64,000 nt of DNA from Azolla caroliniana (taxonomy: Eukaryota; Plantae; Polypodiophyta), in assembly GCA_043228905.1 (NCBI GenBank), contig JBHGNT010000002.1, positions 19,096,001 to 19,160,000 of the forward strand. The letters run 5' to 3'. Position 1 is the stretch's first letter, and every line of letters starts with the position of its first letter. Of the stretch, positions 49,186-62,700 are shown one piece after another. A program made the translations under genes and the position numbers. The notes beneath the pieces are model-generated. The model made no database searches, was not told where the DNA came from, and saw nothing but the letters and a program-made list of their open reading frames with translations.

Positions 49186-52100
49186 TGTTAAGAAAACGTG
49201 AAGAAGGCACTCGGGCTCTTCTTTTGTATGCGCGGCGGATCGTAGTGTGCTGGATCGTTAGCGTGCTCTAAACAGACAGAGAAAGGAAAGGGGACTTACC
49301 TCTGTAGTAGCAAAATGGTTTTTCTTCTATTACATGTAGAGCTCAACTTGCTCTCGTCAGTCTTCTGGTCTCTCACTCTCTCAGAGTTCTCTACTCTCTA
49401 TTCTCTGTTTTTTCCTTACTACTTACTTCCTATTCACTCTCACTTACTTTTACCTAAGTCATAAGTTATTACACATGCAGCTAATTAGCTGCCAGTAGCT
49501 AATTAGCTGTCAGTCGCTAAATAGCTGTTCACTAGCTAATTAGCTGTCACTAGCTAAATAGCTGTTTTACCTTTTTGTTTCACTAGTAGCTAAATAGCTA
49601 CTATAGCTTATTTCTCATAAGCATCACATACCATGTTGAGCTTGCTTCTCAACACTCCCCCTCAAGCTCAACTTATTCTTGCTTGAGGTTCTCTTCAATC
49701 TTCTTTTCCATTTTGCTTTTTGGCCATCTCATCAATGTTTACAACTCCCATCATGTTCCGAAACTGTGTATGTTTTTCCACACTCAATCCCTTCGTAAGG
49801 ATATCAGCAACCTGCTGATTTGTATTCACATACACCAGATCAACTTCACCTTCCATCACTTTTTCTCTAACAAAGTGATAATGCACCTCAATGTGCTTTG
49901 TTCTTGCATGGAACACTGGGTTCTTTGCAAGCTGAATGCTGCTCATATTGTCACACCAGATTGTGACAGCACCATCTATATATACTCCCAGATCAGCAAG
50001 CAGTCTTCTGATCCATACTTCTTCACATGTGGCTATTGCAGCCCCTCTATACTCAGCTTCTGTACTGGACAATGCAACAGTAGCCTGTTTCTTGCTACTC
50101 CATGAAATTCCTGCACTTCCCAAGGTAAACATGTATCCACTTGTGGATCTCCTGTCTGTTTGGCTTCCAGCCCAATCAGCATCTGTATATCCTTCCAGAT
50201 TTATGTCTAGATCAGCCCTGTAAAATAGTCCAAAGTTCTGAGTTGCTTTTACATACCTCAGAATCCTTCTGATGCAGTCCAAATGTGGCTTTCTTGGCTG
50301 TTGCATAAACTGGCTGACTAATCCAACAACATAGCTTAAATCAGGTCTTGTTATAGTCAAATAAATAAGGCTGCCCACCATAGACCTGTACATGTTTACA
50401 TCTTCTATCTTGGCTCCCAAATCAGCCCTCAACTTGCAGTTTTTATCAAGTGGTACAGCAATAGGTTTGCATCCAAGCATACCATACTTTTTCAACATAG
50501 TTGTTGCATACTGTTTTTGCAACATACATATACCACTTTCAGATCTGATGATTTCAATACCAAGAAAATATCTCAGATCTCCCAAATCTTTCATATGAAA
50601 CTGCATTTCCAGATTTTTTTTCAACTTTCTTATTTCATCCACGGAATCTCCTCCAATAATCAAATCATCTACATAAATCAGAATAATAACAATGCAATCA
50701 TTTTCACTTTTTACATCCAAAGAAGGATCAGCTTTTGACATTTTGAAACCAAGATTTTTCAGAGAATCTGAAAGTTCTCTGTGCCATGCTCTTGGTGCCT
50801 GTTTCAGTCCATAGAGAGCTTTTTTCAGCTTACATACATAATCAAGATGTTTCTTATCTTCAAAACCTGGTGGTTGATTCATATACACTTCTTCTTCCAA
50901 GTTACCATGTAAAAAAGCATTTTTTACATCCATGTGATGCAAAATCCATTTTCTGGCTGCTCCTACAGCAAGTAGTGTTCTCAAGGTTGCCATCTTTGCA
51001 ACCGGTGCAAAAGTCTCATCATAATCAATCCCTTGCATCTGAGCATATCCTTTTGCAACCAATCTTGCTTTATGTCTACTTACATTCCCATTGGAGTCAT
51101 GCTTTGTCTTGTAGACCCATTTGCAGCCTACCACATTTTTCTCTTTTGGTAACTTCACTAAATCCCACGTTTTGTTCTCAGCCAATGCATCAATCTCTTC
51201 TTGCATTGCATCCATCCATTTCTTCTCAGATTTTGCTTCTTCAAAGCTGTTTGGGTCAGGGATCTGTACCACCTTAGACATATATGCATAGTGCATAGCC
51301 ATATATGTATCATACCCAAATCTTTCCACAGTCTTTTTCTCTCTATCTGATCTTCTCAGTTTCTGATTTGCATTCTTTATTGCCTTTTCCATACCAGGGA
51401 TTTTCATTTCCTGTATTCCAAGGAAATCATCCAAAGACATATCTGAATCTTCATCTTCCATGTTTTTTGATAGATCATCCGGGATTTCATACTCTGGCAT
51501 TTTCTGTTTTCCTTTTTTGTCATCAGATTTTTTCTGTCCAGTTTTTCCACTCCATGAATTTGAATCAGATTTACCATCTGAGCTTTTTGATGGTCCAGAA
51601 CATTCTGTTGATGTTGGACTTTGCTGTCCAACCTTGTCTCCATCTCTGTGACAGTCTTCTACATTTTCTGATCTGTCTTTGTCTTCATTTTGACAGTCTT
51701 CATCAGTCTCTAGATTCTGTTTTGGGCTGTACCAACTAGCCAACTCATCAAATATCACATCTCGACTTGTCACAATCTTTTTAGTCACAGGGTTATAACA
51801 TCTGTACCCTTTTTGTTCTTCTGAATATCCAACAAAGATACATTTTTCTGCTTTTGGATCCAACTTACTTCTTACTTCTGCAGGCACATGTACATATGCA
51901 AGGCATCCAAACACTTTCAAGTGTTGTAAGCTAGGCTTCCTGCCATAAAAACACTCTTCAGGAGTTGCCTCATGTACTCCTGATGTAATACATCTATTTA
52001 AAATGTAATTTGCTGTATTTACAGCTTCTGCCCAATAGTATAATGGCATGTTCTTCTCAGTCATCATTGCCCTTGCTATGTTCACCAAAGTTCTGTTTTT

Positions 52101-54633
52101 CCTCTCAGCAACTCCATTTTGCTGTGGGGTATATCGGCATGTGAACTGTCTTCTTATTCCCTGATTACACAAAAAATCAGAAAATTCATTGGAGAAATAC
52201 TCTCCTCCTCCATCAGATCTCAAACATTTTATCCTTGTACCAGCCTGCTTTTCTACCATGCATTTAAACTTACGAAAACAGTCAAATACTTCACTTTTCT
52301 CCTTCATGAAGTACACCCATGTCTTCCGTGAACAATCATCAATAAATGTAACATAAAATCTGCATCCACCAATAGATGCATTCTTTGTTGGTCCCCATAC
52401 ATCTGTATGTACCAAATCCAACAAATTTTTGCTTACATGTCTCTCATGAGGGAATGGCAACCTGTTTTGCTTACCATATTGACATGCTTCACATACTTTT
52501 CCCATTTCACACTTTTTCAAGTTTGGCAGTCCAGCCACTGCATCTTTTCTCAACATATTCTTTAATGTTTGCATACTTATATGGCCAATCCTTTTATGCC
52601 ACATTTCCACATCTGAGATTACACTCGTTCCATTTGCAAACATGGCTGAAATCTGTTTGGGCATTTCTACATCCAAGATAAACATTCTTCCTTGTCTCTT
52701 CCCTTTTGCAATGAGCTTCCCATTCTTTTCTATATAGCATCCACTTTGCTTAAACTTCACTTGCATACCTTGCTCTACAATCTGTCCAACAGAAATCAGA
52801 TTCTTAGCAAGGTTTGGAACATGCATCACATTCAACATATACTTGGTTTTTCCTCTTTCTTCCCACAATGGGATATCTCCAACATGTTTTATTTGGTTAG
52901 TTGTGTCATCACCTGTTTGTACATAACCAGGAACCTCTGGTTCTCTTAAACTCTCAAACCAATTTGCATGTCCAGTCATATGGTTAGATGCCCCCGAGTC
53001 TACATACCACGTAAACTCTTCATTACATTTCTGTGAGCTTTCAGCCACTGCTGCTATCTCATGTTGCACTACAAAAACACCTTCCTTTTCACAATCTTCA
53101 CTAGTAGAGGCATAGTTACTCTGTTGTCCTTTTCCTCTTTTCTCATCATTTTGTTTCTTGTAACATTCAGCCTGTGTATGGCCTGGTTTACCACAATACC
53201 AGCAGCCATCATCATTTACATAAGTTTGCTTACCTCTACCTCGGTTGCTCCCCCTGCCTCTGTTGTTGTTTCCTCCTCTATGAGCTTGTTGTCCTCTTCC
53301 TTGAAAACCATTATTATTGGTTCTTCCTGAGCCAAATCTTCCATGGCCTCTTCCTCGACCTCTTCCGGCATTATTATAGAGGGCTTGCCCCTCGTTCTCT
53401 GAGTTTCCTTTATTTGCATCATCCATCTGATTCCTTTCCTCTACCACAAGCATTGAGACCAGATCTGAAAAACTTGGGATACTATCCCTTGTGAGCATAG
53501 AAGTTTTAAAACTCTTGTATTGAGGTCCTAAGCCTCTTAAGCATATTTCCACTTTGTCATCATCTTCTATCTTCACATTGATAGAAGCAAGTGACTCACA
53601 TATACTCTTGATTTTTAGGGCATATTCATTTATTGACATCTTACCTTTCTCCAAGGTATTTAGCTCAGTCTTTAACTGGAGCTTTCTAGCCTTTGTGTTC
53701 ACAGCAAACAGTTTTACCAAGTTGTCCCAAGCTTCTTTTGGGAGCATAGCATCTTGTATATGCCCAAGCATTGAATCTGAGATGCTGAGTGATAGCCAAT
53801 GCATTACTTTCCTTGCCCCTTGATTCCAATCTTTAAATGCCTTAATATGTGCAGCTGTTGCATTCTCTTCTGGGATCTCTGGAGCCTCTTCTAGGTCTCC
53901 TTCAATGTAATCCTAGTATCCTTTCCCCATCAGAAAGTTTGTCATTCTGAATTTCCACGCCGGGAAATTGTTTTTATCTAATTTCTCTGTGACCATTTGG
54001 CCTACATTCTCTGCAGCCATTTTTTTCCTTCCAAAAAACCAGGGTTTTGCTTTAGTTACTTCAACAAGTAACTTTCTGATTTCTGATCAGCAACCAGAGA
54101 AATAACTTTCTCAGATTAAGGCACTGCTATACTCTTCCTTACGAGCTACTCTGCTCTGATACCATGTTAAGAAAACGTGAAGAAGGCACTCGGGCTCTTC
54201 TTTTGTATGCGCGGCGGATCGTAGTGTGCTGGATCGTTAGCGTGCTCTAAACAGACAGAGAAAGGAAAGGGGACTTACCTCTGTAGTAGCAAAATGGTTT
54301 TTCTTCTATTACATGTAGAGCTCAACTTGCTCTCGTCAGTCTTCTGGTCTCTCACTCTCTCAGAGTTCTCTACTCTCTATTCTCTGTTTTTTCCTTACTA
54401 CTTACTTCCTATTCACTCTCACTTACTTTTACCTAAGTCATAAGTTATTACACATGCAGCTAATTAGCTGCCAGTAGCTAATTAGCTGTCAGTCGCTAAA
54501 TAGCTGTTCACTAGCTAATTAGCTGTCACTAGCTAAATAGCTGTTTTACCTTTTTGTTTCACTAGTAGCTAAATAGCTACTATAGCTTATTTCTCATAAG
54601 CATCACATACCATGTTGAGCTTGCTTCTCAACA
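49186..54633 (-). mobile_element. Very young Ty1/copia element L nested in the 3' UTR of K
   Basis: 469-bp LTRs at 49186-49654 and 54165-54633, identical by eye. Perfect TSD GTGTC; iMet PBS at 54153-54164. Confidence 0.98.
49695..54020 (-). CDS. Copia gag-pol polyprotein of L, intact except one in-frame TAG at codon 36
   Basis: ATG at 54020, GY*DY at 53913-53915, then an open frame to 49695 containing the knuckle, PR, INT, RT (IYVDD) and RNase H. Confidence 0.93.
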
Positions 54634-55210
54634 GTGTCGACCTCTGTGGCAGTCGGTTCTTCCAACCGACTTCTCCTGGCGTCACTCCGCCTTGCTCGCG
54701 CTCCTCGTCCGGTCCGGTCTCGTTTGTCGCAACCCCTTTGGTTCTGCGCACCTCGACCCTCTCGGTCGGCATGTCTGCTCAATAGGCCCATCTCAGCACT
54801 CACGTTACTGTGACTCCGGCGCTTGCCGATCCGTCGGTTCTCCCACGATGGCATCGACTTCCGCTATGTCCGTGTCCCCTTGGCCTTCAGTCGATCCGAC
54901 TCATCCGGATCCATCTGTTGATCCGAGTCAGCTGTCTCTGACTCGTTCCAGCTCTTGTCCGAATCGGTACACTCCGATTCGACTTCCAGCTTCAGGCCTC
55001 TCACCACATCGGACCACTTCCGAGTCTTGGCCTTCTCCATGCTTCCCTCGGCTTCTTCAGCCAGTGAACCGAAATCAAATTCTTCATTCGACTCTGTATC
55101 ATGGTCAGTACCGTCGTGATGACCTCCGCACTGCATACGCTTCTCTTCTTGAGTGCACAACTCTTCTTCACAGCCGCTTGCTCCGACCTGTTCGGATGTG
55201 TCGACTTCCT

Positions 55211-58200
55211 TCATCTTCTTGTCTCCTCTTCTTCCGGCTCTCTACCGACGGGTTCAACAGTTTTCTGGCCTTTGCCCATTTCGGTAGAGACTTTGCCCTT
55301 GCTTCTCCCCCTCAAGTGCGGCACGTCGAGATGCTGAATACCAAGCATGTCGGTAAAGTGCTGCAACTTGTCCGATCCGAGCGGCTTGGTGAAGATGTCG
55401 GCAACTTGCCGATCCGTATGAACATACCGTAGGTCAACTTCACCGCTCAGGACCCGCTCACGCACTAAGTGGTAGTGCACCTCGATGTGCTTTGTGCAAG
55501 CATGGAACATAGGGTTCCTGGCGAGCTGCAGGCTGCTCATGTTATCGCAGTAAATCGGGATCGGGGTCGGTACCTCGATCCGCAAGTCTCACAGCAGTCG
55601 CCGAAGCCAGATGGCTTCACAAGTGGCTACGGTAGCGGCCCGATACTCAGCCTCAGTGCTTGACAAATCCATTGTGGGCTGCTTCTTGCTGCTCCACGCA
55701 ACGGCCGCGCTACCTATGGAGAACATGTATCCGGAAGTGGAGCGGCAATCAGACGCATCGCCGGCCCAGTCAGCATCTGTGTAACCGACAAGCTCTTTGG
55801 GTATACCTCGCCGGTATAGCAGTCCCCGGTCCTTAGTGCCGCTGACATACTGTAATATTCGTTGCGCGCACTGAAGGTGCTCCACGGTCGGCTTCTGCAT
55901 GAACTGACTTACCATGCTGACCGGATAGCTGATGTTGGGTCGGGTGATGGTTAAGTAGATCAGGCTTCCGACAACCTGTCGGAACCGTTTCTCATTGCAT
56001 GCCGGTCCGGAGTTGGGACGGAGCTTCTGGTTCTGGTCCAGGGGTGTGGAGACAGGTCGGCAATCCGTCATGCCGAACTTATACAGCATATTCAACACGT
56101 AATGTCGTTGTGAGAGCAATATGCCGTCGGAGGTCCGGATCACTTCGATCCCAAGAAAATAATGAAGGTCCCCCAGGTCCTTCATTTTGAATGCATCCGA
56201 CAACTGGGACTTGACGCGGTTGATTTCGGGAAGACCCGGTCCGGTGATGACTAAATCATCCACATACAAGAGTATACATACCGGACCGTCAGAGCCTTGC
56301 CGGATGAACAACGAAGAGTCCGACTTAGAGACAGCAAACCCCAGCTTACGCAACCGGTGCGTGATTTTCGCGTTCCAAGCTTGAGGGGCTTGCTTCAAGC
56401 CGTAAAGCGACTTCTTCAGTCGGCATACCGCCGATTTGTTCATCTCCGATTGAAATCCGGGGGGCTGAGTCATAAAGACTTCTTCTTCAAGCTCTCCTTT
56501 AAGGAAGGCGTTCTTCACATCCATCTGGTGAAGATGCCACCCCCTTGCCGCAGCAACCGCCAGTACCACACGAGCCGTCGTCATCTTCGCCACAGGAGCG
56601 AAGGTCTCGTCGTAGTCGATTCCGTGGGTCTGCACGTATCCCTTCGCCACTAACCAGGCTTTGTACCGGTTAACAGAACCGTCGGCGTTGTACTTGACCT
56701 TATACACCCACTTGCATCCGATCGGTTTACAGTGACGGGGAGGATCAACTAGGTCCCAAGTTTCCTTGGCATCGAGTGCCCGCATTTCTTCGTCCATAGC
56801 GGCACACCAATTTGCGTCCCTTGCCGCTTCTGCGTAGCTCTCCGGCTCACGCACTTCTCTCACCTTAGTCATGTACGCATAATGATGCGCCATGTATTCA
56901 TTGTACCCGTACCGCATGACGGGATCCTTCTGACGGGTTGATCGGCGCAACGCACCGTCACCTGATTTGAGGCCCTTCTTGGCCAGTTCGGTCTTCGTTA
57001 CCGAAGATCTGCCTTTCTCCTTTCCGGAGTCGGATACGCACCGATCCGACTCATCATTGCCGGTTTCGAGATCCGGCATCTTCCTCTTCCCCTTCTCTTT
57101 GCGCGTGAACCGTTTCCTCGGTTCCTTGCGCGGGTAGAGCACGGCAGAGTCTCCACCACTTGCCATCTCTTCATCCGACTGGTCCAACCGACTCAGTCGC
57201 TCGTTCGGTCCACTCAACCAAAACGATTCCGGACTCTCATCTTGAGTCCCGGCTTCATCATCCTCTGCCAGGGCTGATTCAGGCTCACTGGCCTGATCTT
57301 CCGGCATTGGGTCGGGATCGGAAGTCGGAGTCAGTACGGAGTACCAGGATGCCGATTCGTCGAACTCGACATCCCGACTAACTCGGACTTCCTTCGTCTG
57401 GGGGTTATAGCACTTATACCCCTTTTGCTCTTGAGCATAGCCGACTAGGATGCATTTTTCCGATTTTGCATCCAGCTTTCTCCGCTTTTGATCCGGTACA
57501 TGCACATACGCTATGCTGCCGAATATCCGAAGGTGTCTTAAGTTCGGCTTGTGCCCGAAATACAGCTCATGAGCTGACACCTTGTCACCAATGCGGTTTT
57601 GTATGTAGACGGCCATCCGAACCGCCTCCACCCAGTAGAACCGGGGCATGCTCTTCTCCTCCAGCATTGCCCTTGCCGTTTCGACGAGTGTCCGGTTCTT
57701 CCTTTCGGCCACACCGTTTTGCTCCGGTGTGTATCTGTAGCTGAACTCTCGCCGAATTCCCTTTTGCTGCAGATAACTAGTGAATTGGCCGGAAAAATAT
57801 TCCTTTCCGCCATCTGACCGAAGGCATTTGATCTTCCTCTCCGATTCCCGTTCCACCATCTTGTGGAGGCTCCGGAAACAGTCGAAGACTTCGCTCTTCC
57901 ACTCAATGAGGTAGATCCAAGTATGTCGAGTATAGTCGTCGATGAAGGAGACGAAGTATCGGCTCCCGCCAAGGCTTACACTTTGTGCCGGTCCCCACAC
58001 ATCCGAATGGATGAGATCGAGCTTGTTATGGCTCCGGTTCCGTTCGATGGGGAATGGAAGCCGGTGTTGCTTCCCAAGTTGGTAGGCTTCACAAATTTTG
58101 GCTCTCCGGCCGCTGAACTTCGGCAAACCGAAAACGACTTGTTTCGTTTGCAGGTCTTGAAGCCTCCAGTAGTTGACGTGGCCTATCCGCTTGTGCCACA

Positions 58201-59588
58201 GGTCGATATCCGACTCGACCTTCTGTCGTTTCGCGAACAGAGCGGTGCCAAAGTCATTGGTGTTGAGGATAAACATCCTCCCGTCTCTGCGCCCTTGTGC
58301 AATGACTTCGCCCTCATCCTCAATGAAGCACCCGAGGTGCGTAAACCGCACCTGCATCCCCTAGTCGACAATCTGACCGACGAACACCAGGTTCTTCGTG
58401 ATTGTTGGAACGTGTAATACGTTCATCAGCTTCCCTTTCTGTCCGACGTGGCTTAGAGGGACTTCTCCGACGTGCACGATTGGGTGAGGAGTGTCGTCTC
58501 GGGTTTCGACTACTCCTGGTTGATCCGGTTTCTCCAGAAAGGAGAACCACTCTTTGTGGCTCGTCATGTGGTTCGACGCGCCGGAATCAACATACCACAC
58601 TTCCTCCGTTTTGGAAGTGGTCTTCTTCATTGAGTTTGCCTTGTGATTCATCACCAAGGCTGGCCCCTTACTGGCCTTTCCGGTTCTGGATCCTCCTGAT
58701 CCGTTTGCGTAGTGCGAGTTTTGCCGGCCATCCTTATCGGTATTGCCGGATCCGGATTTGTCCGAATTGGCACGCTTTCTCCAGCACTCGCTTTCCCTGT
58801 GGCCTTTTTTGCCACAGTACGGCCTCCGGCACCGCCTTGACTCCCCCTGCTTGTGGAAGTCCCGGAACTGCTGTCGGCACACGCTCATAGTGCCTCCGTT
58901 CCTGCTCTTGCCGGCCGCCTCTATTGCGTGCCGACCCACCTCTTCCACCACGCCCATGGAGCCAATCCGTTCCCATGTACAACATTCGGCTGTCCGGGGA
59001 TGCACTGGTAGATGCACCGGCGTGGTTCTCCTCTACAAGGAGCATCGACTGTAAGTCAAAGAATGAGGGGGTATTCTCCCTTGTACACACCGCAGTCCGG
59101 AACGCTCCGAACTTGGACGCCAGGCCTCCGAGACATACCTGCACCATCTCGTCTTCCTCTACGGTAACATTGATAGAGGCGAGCGAGTCGCAGATCTCCT
59201 TTATCCGGCCCGTGTAGTCTGCCACAGACATGTTCTTCTGTCGAACATTGCTCAACTCCTGTCTGAGTTGCAGCTTCCGGGCAGTGGTGCTTGCAGCGAA
59301 AACCTTTTTCAGGTTCCCCCAAGCATCCTTCGGTGTCTTGGCATCACGGATGTGGCTGAGCAGCTGATCGCCGACACTGGACGCGAAGCAGTACAACACC
59401 CTGCTTGCCGCCTGTTCCCATACCGGGAAGTCCTTGTGTGCCGAGTCTGGCGCCGCATCATTCGCTCCTTCGACATAACTCCAGTACCCGTGTCCAAGCA
59501 GGTACTGGTGCATCTTGTAAGACCAGGATGCGTAGTTGCTCCTGTCGAGCTTCTCCACCGGGAGCGACGTAGCCATGCCTCTATCCAT
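55211..59588 (-). pseudogene. Copia gag-pol of K (few stops or frameshifts)
   Basis: UBN2-type gag, WYVDSGAS protease, LIHSDVWGP integrase, LYVDD RT, YTDADWAG RNase H. Confidence 0.96.
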
Positions 59589-59728
59589 GTCTTCTACTGT
59601 GTCTGTTTTCGACCTGTTAGGGTTTTCTTCTCAAGAGTAAATGTCTGCAGCAGAGGTTCTCAACCCTCGCGCTCTGATACCATGTAAACGTAAGTGTTTG
59701 CGGAAGCATAAAACAGAGAACAACACAC

Positions 59729-59769
<41 letters not shown>

Positions 59770-62700
59770 GAGAGCAGAACACAATTTCAAAATTATATCA
59801 AGACTCTGTACACACACTGTGCTAAGTAGCACCATTTATACAAGTCCTCTTGGGACTGACAGAAGTACCATGTACTTCAATGCTCACACGAGCATCGGAC
59901 ACTTACTACGAGACTATAGCTACCTAGTAGTCTATCCTATACTAGGCTTCCGATTGGACTTCCGGTTAGGGATTGCACCCGGCCTCCACTGCTTGCCGGT
60001 TCGGTTGCTCACCGTAATACCGATCCGTTTCGCCCGATCCATCTCGCTTACTGGCTCCGGCTTATTCAGCCGATCCGGCTCCGGTTGAGCTTGCCGCTCA
60101 ACAGATGCAACAACAAGGGACGACAGACGAGCAACCGTCACAGCAGCAGGAATCGAGACGAGTCGACATTGACCAGCAACCACCGAAGCAACGCAGGGTG
60201 AAACAACGGTCCCAAAGATACTCTAGACCAGAGCAAGAACAACATGCACAGAAGAAAAAGAGAACTAACGATCAAGCTGCCCAAAGCACACAAGTACCTC
60301 GTGTCAATCCAGATGACACGTCACGAGTTCAAAAAGGGCAAGCATCAATGGCAACGGTGCAAGAGGCACTCGGTTTTTCCGACATCCTGGCAACAACACA
60401 TGAGCTAGCTCCCATTCTGCAGTTTGGAACATCATATGAACTAGTAGAATGGTTAGCTAAAAGACTTCAAGAAGTGTTGGAACGAATGGCGCAAGAGCAC
60501 AGAGATCAAATAATGATCCAAAAGTCATTATATGGAGCTATCGAACCAAACGAGCAAGCGGAAGTGTATAGAATCGGTCGACAGCGAAATGCTAAAAATA
60601 GATGTGAAGCCATTCAGATACCACCATTACATGAGGCACTGGTGGAAGTCCACTTAGAATATGAAAAGGCTAACAGAGCGGTCAAGGATATGGCCGAATT
60701 ATACAAACAGGCTACAACAGTTGCAGATGTGCTTAATGCACAGTATAAACTGACGCAGACAGAGAATCAGCAGTTGAAGAATAAACTGCAAGAAGAACAA
60801 GTGGCTCTAGAAAAAGCGAGGGAACAGATATTACAGCCAGAGTCACAAAGACAACCTTTGGAGACGAATTCAGAATTACAAAAGAGGTTGGACCAAATAG
60901 GAAAAGCACGAAGAGAGGTAGAAATTAGGGCAGAAAAGACCGAGGACAGGTCCAGAGAGGTGGAGGCTCGATTACAGTCATAAAAAATGGCGGTCGACAG
61001 ATCTTTGGGGGAAAAAGATAATGTAATACAAGAATTATGTCGACAGTTAGCCCAATAGCAAGAGGCTACAAGCCAACAAGTCGAGGAACAGGAAGAGTAT
61101 GTCAAGAGCCAAGAGATTTTGTTTTACAACACAGTTGGCTGGTAAAGACAAACTGATAGACGAAATCAATGAAAAAATGATTCAGCAGTAGAACGATTGG
61201 AATGAAGAAAAAGCGTAGCTGGAAAACCAATGTGCAGAAATTCAAATGGTCTCCAAGAAAAGGCGACTTGACCTCTTAGTGGCACAAGCTAAACTGATGC
61301 AGGCAGAAGGACATACCAATGCGGTAATCATTGATTTGAGGAAAACATTGGCAACAACACAGTTTGAGGCTAGAATGAATTAGGACAGGGTTCAAGCGAT
61401 CATTAGACGTCACCGAATTAACACCCTAAAATTGGTCAATCAATCGCTGGAAAAGGGTTGGCAAACATGGTCGACACAAGCCACGGAGCTCCAAATATTA
61501 AGAATCGACAGAGAAAAAGGAAAGTTCAGGGCAAAGGCTTCCTTAAGATGACGGAGGAAGCAATGACCACAGTTCAGGAAGATATTGCTAAGGACCTATA
61601 TGACATGGTGGCTTATTTTAGAGAAGAAATTAACCGAATCAGGCAGGAATTCGACAAGCATGATGTTGAGACATCCGTCGAGTTAGACAATATCGAAGCC
61701 GAAAGAGTCACCAAAACACCTGGACTCGGAGCACCGGAAGCAGTTACAGAGGCAGAAGCAAAAGCGGAGCCAAGCCCATTGACCGGAAGAGCCCGCCAGG
61801 AAAACAACGACGGGGAGGGTACCAAAGCTGAAGGTGAAGACGAGGTAGGCGTGGCAACACAGGAAGCAGAACCTCACATTATTCGACATTTTGCAGGACG
61901 ACACAGACGATGATTTGCAGATGGAGGAGGATCTTTCCTTAAAACAGCAGGAGTAAAGGGTTCCCGTGGGTTCGCCGAACAACGTCCTGGATGACAGGCG
62001 TGCCAAGTGTTACCCGGACAAGTATGGATGCGGTGGAGTCAGAAGGATGTTCGGAGTCGGAGTTGGAGTCGGATCGACAGTTCGGATCGATGACTCAGTA
62101 GATAGCCGAATAGGACATAGTTAGTTACGAAGTTTTGTAATTCTTGTTAATTATAGATAGTAGGATTTCTTGATGAGAAAAGACCTTCGGGTTACCTATA
62201 AAATGAACCAAAGGCATTGTAAAAATCTATCGTTGTATTTAGTAATATAAAGTTTGGTTAGGAAATCTCTGTGTATGGATTTCTTCTTGCCATCTAGTTC
62301 TTTCTATCTAAACTATATTACATAAGTCACGATCTTGGTGTCTATTATCACCGATAAGTTTACAAATAATTCGTATCTATTTGTTTAAACCACAACTTCT
62401 TGATAGAATGTTCGGTTAGAACGTTTGTCTTATACTGTGTCAGCAAAATAGCAATTGTCGACCGAACAACAATGGTGGCGATGTGACGACGTAACAGCCA
62501 AACCATGTCCCCGATTGCAAACATCAGTGTAGCTAAGTGAAGTCGGTCCGCTTGATCTTTATAGTTGTCACTAGCAACATGGAGCTCCAAGGAGAGGTCA
62601 TGATGGACATCGTGTAAAGCGCGGGCATGAGTCTCTGCCGAAGGATTGATCGAAGTTGCAAGTATGGAAATGCTGCACCGAGGGTGAAATCCATAGTTTG

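Larger units (their letters stand above)
48733..60103 (-). mobile_element. Ty1/copia element K
   Basis: LTRs at 48733-49146 and 59683-60103, perfect TSD GATGC, iMet PBS at 59671-59682, PPT at 49147-49156. Confidence 0.97.
47796..61913 (+). pseudogene. Extra sense ORF of element J (47796-48732 plus 60109-61913), split by copia K
   Basis: The frame QPQRM|QQQG is continuous after removing K. The N-terminal part has FDWGLLLADAL; the C-terminal part is Q/E-rich and coiled-coil-like. Confidence 0.75.
41801..62471 (+). mobile_element. Ty3/gypsy non-chromovirus J (Athila/Tat-related) with an extra 3' ORF
   Basis: LTRs at 41801-42236 and 62008-62471, TSD GTGGT/ATGGT, PBS TGGCACGCCTGGT at 42248-42260. 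Confidence 0.93.
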
